DNA of 57,240 bases, from the IMG/VR virus record IMGVR_UViG_3300013126_000037, positions 1 to 57,240 of that record. One strand, given 5' to 3'. Positions 10,901 to 19,900 of the stretch are shown piece by piece. This DNA is from a virus (Duplodnaviria > Caudoviricetes). Each line of letters starts with the position of its first letter. Position 1 is the stretch's first letter. The position numbers and the translations under genes were made by a program. The notes beneath the pieces were generated by a model. It was given only the letters and a program-made list of their open reading frames with translations. It did not search any database and was not told the DNA's origin.

Positions 10901-13900
10901 TGATGGTTTTGACAGGGATATTGCACGTGGCGCCAATTTTGATACTGCTGTTGAAAAACTCAAATTTGGGGTCAAGACTCCAAGGGATGCGTCTCTTAGC
11001 TTTGGGGATAAGTTCGGGTCTAAAGAAATAGAACCAGAAGAAAACTTACCGCAACGTACACAATCGTCAGTGGGTAGTGCAACTGGTGAACGTGAAGAAG
11101 ATTATGAATGGTACAGGCAGACAGAAGGAGAGGAACTCCGGACAACTGCAAGTGTTACGCAAGAAGAAATAAAATCAATCCTAAAAGCATATTCACCACT
11201 GGAATCTCGCCCACGAGTAATAAATGTAGAACACGAATTTAGCGCGTCAGATGGTTCAAAAATTGTTGCATTATTGGAGGCTGAAGGCGTCAGCAATGAG
11301 CAAGATGTTGTGCGTGTCATTCAACAACGGTGGAACGCTACAGAACAACAAGCAAAAGCAATAGGTCGATATGTTGATGCATGGGCAACTGGCTGGTCTA
11401 TGACTGTCGCCCGTATGGAAGGCGTCAATTTAAACAAACGTTTGATGGCTGTGAAAACGGATGCTGAAAAAGCTAATGATCAACTTGCATTTGTAAAAAA
11501 AGGTGTTGTTGAACAACTTAAAAACAGTGGAGTTGTGCTTACCCCAACTAGAGTTGCAGAGATTGCAAATGAAGCAATTAAGAATGATGGAAAAGTAAAT
11601 GTAGACGGGAAACAGTACAACATTCCAGTGATTCAAGAATTTAAAAATTTTGATCAATGGAAAAAAGATTTTAGGGAAATTAGTATATTTAATAATACAA
11701 ATGCCAATAGGCAATTATTGTCTGACCTCAAACAGGTTTATTACGAGCAGCACTTAGGCTCATTCATGCAACTTACAGCAGGAGCAGGAAGATTATTTAG
11801 ACCTGGAACCGCCAGTTATGCTCACGTGTCGAATGCTGTAAAAGTGTTAATGAATGGCACTACCGCTTATGCTGGTCGATTAATAGCAGTTGAAAGCACG
11901 GCTACACTTGAAACAATGCTTCATGAATTACATCATGCTTTACTGGAGTCAATGCCACGAGCTGTTTATCACGAAGTATTACGCCATAGATTTCCATCGT
12001 TAGCAATGGTGGAGTTGAAGTACGGTGACAATAAAGGTTTCCTAACTACAGAACAACGTAAAGGCGTATGGATAAACACAAGTTTTGAAGAAGAAATGGT
12101 TGCTGCACTAACTAATGCAGTTTTTACTACCGACGTTAATGGCTATCAGTTTAGATATGAATTTGGTAACAACGCATATGAAGTGCATGTGGCACAAGCA
12201 GTTGTCGAATTAGGTGAATTTATACGTACGCAAAATGCAATCGTGAATGAACTGCAAGCAAACAGTGCCGATCCATCACGAACTCAATGGGTAATGGGTA
12301 ACTTCTATGGAAGAGGTGATGCACTTGATGCGAAAGACATGGCTGGCAATGTTTTTAACTTTGAGTACACAAGAGGCACAACAGTAACTCTTACTGACAA
12401 TGTGACAGGTAGTCAGAGACAAGGAAAAGTATTTGAAATTTTGGGTAATGAACGTTCGCCAGGTATTAAAAGAAAACTTGCGAACATACGCATTACTATA
12501 AAGTTTAATGACGGCCAGCAACAAACAGTCCCGGTTTTAGATGTCCTCAATAAATCTGATGTAAAGACATTAAAAGACCAAGATACTTTTGATATGTCAG
12601 GAATAGATTTAAATACTTTAGCCGACAAATCAAAATATCAAATTCAACGTTTTGGTCGCATTAATCCTCAATTAGAAAAAGCAGGAGATACAGTAGCTAG
12701 AATATTTGGACACTATCAAAAATTTGTAAATCAACAAATAAAAGATGTTGCCCCCTTAATACCAAGTAGTTTGTCATCCGAGCCGCAGACAGATGTTTTT
12801 GCACAGGCTACACCGAATAAGGGTTATGCGTATTCAGCAGGGTACAGGTGGTACGTAAATGCAAAAACTGCCGCTGCGGAATACGGTCAAACAGGGCGGC
12901 CCCAAAAAGGTTATTACGAAGGAAACATGTCCGACAGTCGTTTAGCAAAACGAATGAGGGATTCCTATTTAGGATGGTTGGACGTTGGCGGGTATTCTTC
13001 ATGGGCACAAACAATTGGGGGAGATCCGACAAGTTCTCACGAGCTTTATCGTCAGACTGGGCCCATACCAACTGGTATGTCATATGACACTATGAGGCTT
13101 ATTTATGAGTCAGCAAATACCAAAGAGCAAGCATGGTATGCAAACAGAGGTGTTAGTAATGTAGAAGCAGGTACTGGTGAAAGTGCAGAAACAGGCATAA
13201 CTAAAGTCGAGGGTGGAGAAGTAGATGCCGGGGGAGGTCCTGCGTTTGAGTTGGACTTCGATGTTATGTCAAGCCCTAGTGCTCCTAGTGAATCACAATC
13301 TGAAACGGATATTAATGTTGACGAAGGGCTTAAAGTTGACACCGAGGACATAAATAAGTACGGGTCCGCTTCAGAACGAAGATTTATTTCAAGAGACACT
13401 TTGACAAGCAAATTGGCAAGCGAAGACAAAGTTATTGCTGAAGCAATCATGTTGAAACTTACCGAAGGTAATGATGCCGCGGAAATCTACAATGAAAAGA
13501 CAAAACGAACAGTAGGCTTTTATCTTGCTGAGTATGATGCTGCAGGAAAGGAATCTTTAATTAGACGCATTGCACGATTATTTGACGCCGCATCGACAAA
13601 TGGAAACGGCGATGATGTAGCCTTGGATTACTTAGCCAGCATCAAATCAGATTCGGCAAAAGTCGACGCAATCACAACACATATTGTCGACCTCCTAACA
13701 GACACAAACAAGCGCCGTGCTGACCAGAATGCGCGTTTCAGTGCAATTACTCGATCACGTCAAGAGATTGCTAGGCAGTCGGCATTAAATACTATAGCTG
13801 GCGACATTTATAATACATTAAAGGCTGGAATTGAACGCAAGGTGTCTGACAGCGTAATGGCAACAGTCGTTGATGGAGAAGTAAATAATGCTGGTTTGAC

Positions 13901-16900
13901 ATTTGAGCAAAAGCAATCGGCGCTTGAAGATGCAAAGCCTGATGTCATTGAGTCACTAAAATCTCAATACGATGGCGTGCTTGATGAAGCACTAATCACC
14001 AAAATGGTTGATCAATCTATTGAGAGGTTGTTGGCAGCTCACATACCAACCGACGCCGAAGCTAATAGTGCACAAGAGTTACGGCAGTATGAAGAAGAAC
14101 AATTGAAATTGCAATTGGCTATTGATCGTGCTGATAACAGTGGCGAACAAGCAGATTTCTTTAAAAAACAATTGAATAGTGTACTAGAACAGTCAATGAG
14201 CAACAAAGCAAAAGCCGCTTCTGATGCGGGTTTGTGGAGGCGCGTAATTGCCAATAACATCTTTGGGGCTTACATAAACAACTGGGTAATGAAGGGCTTT
14301 AGGATGCGCGTACCTGAAGCCATGTATCTGCGTTACCCATTGGCAAAGAACACTCGAGTTCTTGATTACTTAGCTGGTAGTTTTGACGTCGGCAAAATCC
14401 GCAGTGGTCTTTCTATTGCCGACGCAAACCTTAATAAATGGGGAGACATGATATCCGGAATCCCATTTATTACTAATACTCAATATAGGCAAGTCGAAGT
14501 ATTGCGTACTCAGTGGCGGCAGATTATGCGCAATGTTTATAAAGCAGAATTTGCAAAAAAAGATTTGTCACCAGCTCGAGAAATTACTGAACTTAACAAA
14601 CTAATGGATGTCTTTCGTGATGAATACAAAATAGACGAAAGGTCTAACGTTAAATCTGGAGAGGTTATTGAAAAGAATAAAGATTTAATCCTACGGATTT
14701 TATCTAAAACAAATGACCCTGAATTAAAACAACGATTTCTCGATTGGGTTTATGAATACAATAAACTTGCAAGTAGCAGTACGTATTTTGACAATGTACT
14801 GCAAGACTTGGCTGAACCAAAAGAAAAACGTAAGGGTTATTCAACACTTAGAGTTGAATCGCAACAATATGACGACTTGCTAAATGGAAAAAAAGTCGTG
14901 TACTACGTATCCAACTGGGGAACTCTGCGTGAATCGTTAGCGCATGTCAAGGCACAACAAGCCACAATCGAGCGTACGCTTGATTCGTGGAATCCATTTG
15001 GTCCAAAATCGACTGAATTTAGATACGAGTTTGTACAAGTCGTTAATACTGAAGTACTGAAAGAAGTACGTAACTTCATCCTTAATACTCGTCAAGTTAC
15101 GGAGGGTGGCGTCAGGTATTACATCTATGATTCGTACAATGAGAAGCAAGGTTTAACGCCGTCGGATAAGTTGACGTTTGATGAATACACATCAGTAGTA
15201 ATGAAGTTAATGCGCAGTACAGCGCGTAACGCTGTTGGACAGTTTTTTGCGCAGATTGACCCAACAGCCACAATAGCTCCAGATATCACAGTCAAAATTA
15301 AACGTGCCGAAAACGACCTTGATAATGACATTGCGTGGAAAAACACGCAGCCAACGGCGTCACAGCATGCAGAGGAAGCATTGCGTCGACACACGATTTA
15401 CTCTATGGCTGCAGGTATAAAAAATCGTGGTGTGTATGCGGATCAATCTGCCCGAATGATTGAGTCAGCAATGCAAGCAAGTCGAGCAGTTGGTAATGAG
15501 CCAGGTAAACCATGGAACACTGTTGAGTTTAACGGTGTTAAATACAAAACTGAAGAGTCGTTCAATAACGCAATCAGTGCATACGATGCCACTGGGCATG
15601 CATATATTGATGTAGTCGACGCCGTTAATGACGCAATTCGTATTAAGAAGTCTGGTGCATTAGAGTCTGATGCATACGGATTTACAGATCTATCATTAGA
15701 GCAACTTGACGAATTGGCATCTATGGCTAAAGGTGCAGAGCGTGATCAACAAGGATTCGATGACTTTAGGGAGTACATCGAAAAAACTGCGTATACGCGT
15801 AATGTCCCAGGCTTACTATTCAGAGCGTCAATGCATGAGCGACAATCAGCCTATCAGCCATCTGTGTGGAGTGTTGGACCGGACAGCAAGCGTACCTTGC
15901 GGATGCTGGGCATTGATGTAAATGACGTTGAAGCACAAGTCAAAAGCAATCGTGCGTTACTTGAAAGAAAACGTCGTCAAAACAGTATTGCTCGCACGGT
16001 AAGCAATGAAATCAATAAAGATGATGAGTCATTCACTATTGAACAGGGATTTACATTTGACTATCTAGAATCCATGGATGCAGATAGAGCTGATCGAGTT
16101 GAATTCTTTAATCTGTTTAATACTATTAATGCATCTAATAGTGGCATTTTGACAAAAGAATTTTCTGAGTCATTCATTCGTGACCTATCAAACAGACCGT
16201 TTGTAATGAAGATTGGTGTTGAAAAGGCAACGTCAGCAGCTGATTACCTAACCTTTAATCAAACAATTGAAGCGATTAATCGGTTGAGTTCAGAAATTGG
16301 CGATTACAAACAAATGCTAAAAATCAACCCTGGTGACAAAGACATCACGGAACGAATGAACCAAGCAGTTCAGGACAGGGTCGAATTAAACAAAAGATAT
16401 AGAGAATCGTTTGACAAGTTTGAAAAACAAAATGACCCTATGTTCCGATTAATCGGCAAAAAAATTGACGCCCTGACATTATTGGCTGAAAATTTTGCAG
16501 ATGGTCTAGGTTTAAAAGGCAATGCTCGACTAGAAAAAATTGGTGAATTGACAGGCGTCCTGTATGACCTAGCCGTTGATTTGCAGGGTGCTAAACAGAA
16601 CGTCGATATGAAAGAAAGTGAAAGACGAAGATTCTTCATTGCTAACTTGTTGCGAAATTCGGGTGCTCGTAACGCTCGGACGTTATTCATGGCATCGACA
16701 TTTGCTGGCTACTCTGAATCGGTGATTGTTCGGGGTACGCTTGATAGATCGTTTCCGCCAGATACTACTTTGCGTGAAGCATTAAACGAGACGCTGAAAG
16801 ACAGTGGACTTACGCTTGATGAACTTGTCATTGGATTGGCGTTTACTTCAGAGAAAATAACATCCGAAGTTCAATCAATTATTAGTGAGCCAGGTGAGTA

Positions 16901-19900
16901 TGAAGCATTCATAAAACGAGTTGCTGCTAACCGTGATTTGTGGAATGGAACCAAAGAGAAAAAAGGATATCTTGATCAGCCTGTAAGTGATATTCAGGCA
17001 AACAAAGAATTACTTAAGGTAATGAACAATGAAATCAGAACTACAGAATTTCTGATTAATAAAATTGTTGAAAACTATCGTAAGCCAGCCAATGCAGCAA
17101 CCGATATGTCCATGCTGTATGAGCAGTTAGCAAAATCCGTAACTCCCCTTGAGGACATGGTTCTTGAGATGAAGCGTCAACATGTGCTCAAAAATGGCAT
17201 GACGGCACAAGAATCATTTTCCACAGCCGTAATGAACGCCACGCAACGTGGTACAGGGGAAGTGCAGTCAGCAATAAAATCTGCTCTTAAACGACAGTCC
17301 GACGTTGAAAATGCACAAATGCAAACACACATGGACGAAGCGCGCTTAAATCAAGATGGACACTACAACCTTGTAGCACGTGGCATGCAACGTGTTTTAA
17401 AAGACATTGAACGCATGGAAGATGCATTTAGCTTCTTGTCAAAAGACAAGAAGTCTATACCTGTAGACACATCTCAAGTCAACGCACAATTAAAACAACA
17501 TGGCGACTATGTATCGTTTATTGTCCTTGACGAGCACGTCAAAGGTGCAACGTCTCAATCATGGCTGTCGCTTCGAGGGCAACGCATCTTAGTGCCATCT
17601 AGTTTTTACAATGCCACCACAGGTCGTGTGACGTTTAAAAGTAATCATTCGTTCCTGCCAAATAACCTGACACCAATGGAAAAGCAAGCTTACATTCTCA
17701 CGTCATGGTTTGTAGAAAACAATGCTGTAGATGGACTACCTATCGGTAGAGCATTATCTGAAAACGTACGCAATTTGTTTAGCCGAGCAATTTCTGATTT
17801 TGATACATCAAAACAAGCAGAACGGCAGTTTAAGGCTACAGTGCTTCATTATACAAATGATGTTCTTAACTCACTTGTTATGCGATTCCCTCTGCGTAAT
17901 GAAAACCTCCGGTACACAAACACTGGAACAATAACAATAAAAGATCAAGTTCCATCAGACGTGCCGAAGAAAATACAATCATGGCTTGCAAACAATGATG
18001 TCAACTGGTTCCGATATTCAACAAAGGCTCGCAACTTTAACTTTGAGCAGCTATTGACTCGCCTAAGAGCCGATGGGATTGAGGTGTCATATCTGTCAAA
18101 CAAAGACTTGTGGGCACTAACTGAAAAACAAGGCGCTGCATCCAATCGTTATTCTGTATGGAAAGAACTTGTTGATGCACGTGACAAATACATTGTTGAC
18201 CCGTTGAAGTCCAGGTTGGAATCGTCAAGCAAATTGATGTCACAAATGTCGCTGCATGAACTCAACATGGAATTGCGTGACTCGGGTTGGACAAACACTG
18301 ATAGGGCGGCATTCTTTGCAGATTACTGGCACATTACGCAGACACGCCAAGGAAACATTCCACGCGACTACATGATTGCAACAGGTGAATTCCCAACACG
18401 TGAGGCAATTCGTCAATACGTAGACAAAACTATGCAAGGTAAATCCGAAGACGAACGCCTTCTTGCGTATACCGAGCAAGTTAAAAATCTTGATGCCCTT
18501 GAACAGATGATTGCTACTGCTGGCTATGAGGCAACTGTTAAAACATCGTCTATTACACAGGCTGAAGTTAGATACAACAATGACCCAAATTCAAGTTACG
18601 TCTTAACTGGCATCATGCGAGATGTACAGGCTGACGCTCTTGATGGCGAGCAACAACAAGTTCGAGAGACGTTGCTTAGTCAGACAGAGTTGTTGACTGG
18701 TAACGCAAAATCAGTCATGAGTGACTTGTTGACGCAAGTAGGGGAACTCAAAACAGAAGCAAAAAGTTTGATGACAGAGTTCTTAAACAATCCAGAAAAA
18801 CTCAACATCAAAAATATCACGGACATTCTAATTACAGGCTCGCAACCAGCTGGTGCTAGAAACATCAAGGTTCCATCCCTGAAAGGAAAGACAACTGAGC
18901 TTGAATCCGAGACTCGCCGTATGGCTGTCCATGTTGAAGTAAGTGCAACAAACAATCTAAAAACACTGCAAGAGAATCTGAAAGATGGCCCACTATCGTT
19001 GGAAATCAGTCGCAACTTGGCTGAGCTTGGAGTAAACGTTGGACGTGGTCGAGTAAAAATACAAGACCTAATAACCGGGCATTCGTCATTCGTGCCAACG
19101 CGTACAATGACTACAGCGCAGCAACAACAAGTGCAACTTATATCAAGTAAGGTCAAAGCATATGTTCAAGCACAAGCACGTGTACTTATTGGTGCTAGGC
19201 TAGAGTTATTACGTAGTATGAATGACTTCGCATATGTAGGATACGAGTATCGGCAAAATGGTCCAAGTGTAGATGTGTACGAACAAGGCGTAAAAAAGTA
19301 CACAATTGATTATAAGAATGGCAAAGTATCAACAATAAATCACGAGGAAATTTTGGCTATTGGGTCAAAAACATCACCGAGTGAATGGTCTTCTGTCTTA
19401 AATGGTTTAGATGAAGGTTTCCAGAACCAAGTAAAAACACTAGATATCGCACAACTCAAGCAATTAGATTTGATGATTACTATTGCTAAGCGTCCAGGTG
19501 AAGCATACATTGGTGGCTCAATAGAAACGCATGCCGATGCAGTTAAAACACTAATTGAAAGCATTCGCACTAATGCAAAGGCAGTACCTGCGGTGTATTG
19601 GCACGGTATTGCAAAAATGCAACGCCCTGAAGAGCCTGGAGCCGAGATGTACACACAGCCCGCAATGTCGCCAGCAAGAGTAGACATGGAATACGGCACT
19701 ATCGACCCTAGTACGAGGCGTACGTTTGTAAACCCAGTTATTGACAAATGGTTGCATTCGTCTACTGGGCAGCCACAACGTGTTGTTCTTAATCACAACA
19801 ATGAGGTTGGGCGTGATGAGTACGGCTACACTGTATACCGTGAAGACGGTAATCGTAGTCATATATATCGCAACCTAGTCGAGTCTGGGCTTAGCCGAAA

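Noticed and set aside
10355-10975. Ser/Pro-rich and His/Leu-rich antisense ORFs
   Set aside because: Shadows of the low-complexity acidic linker in the giant protein.
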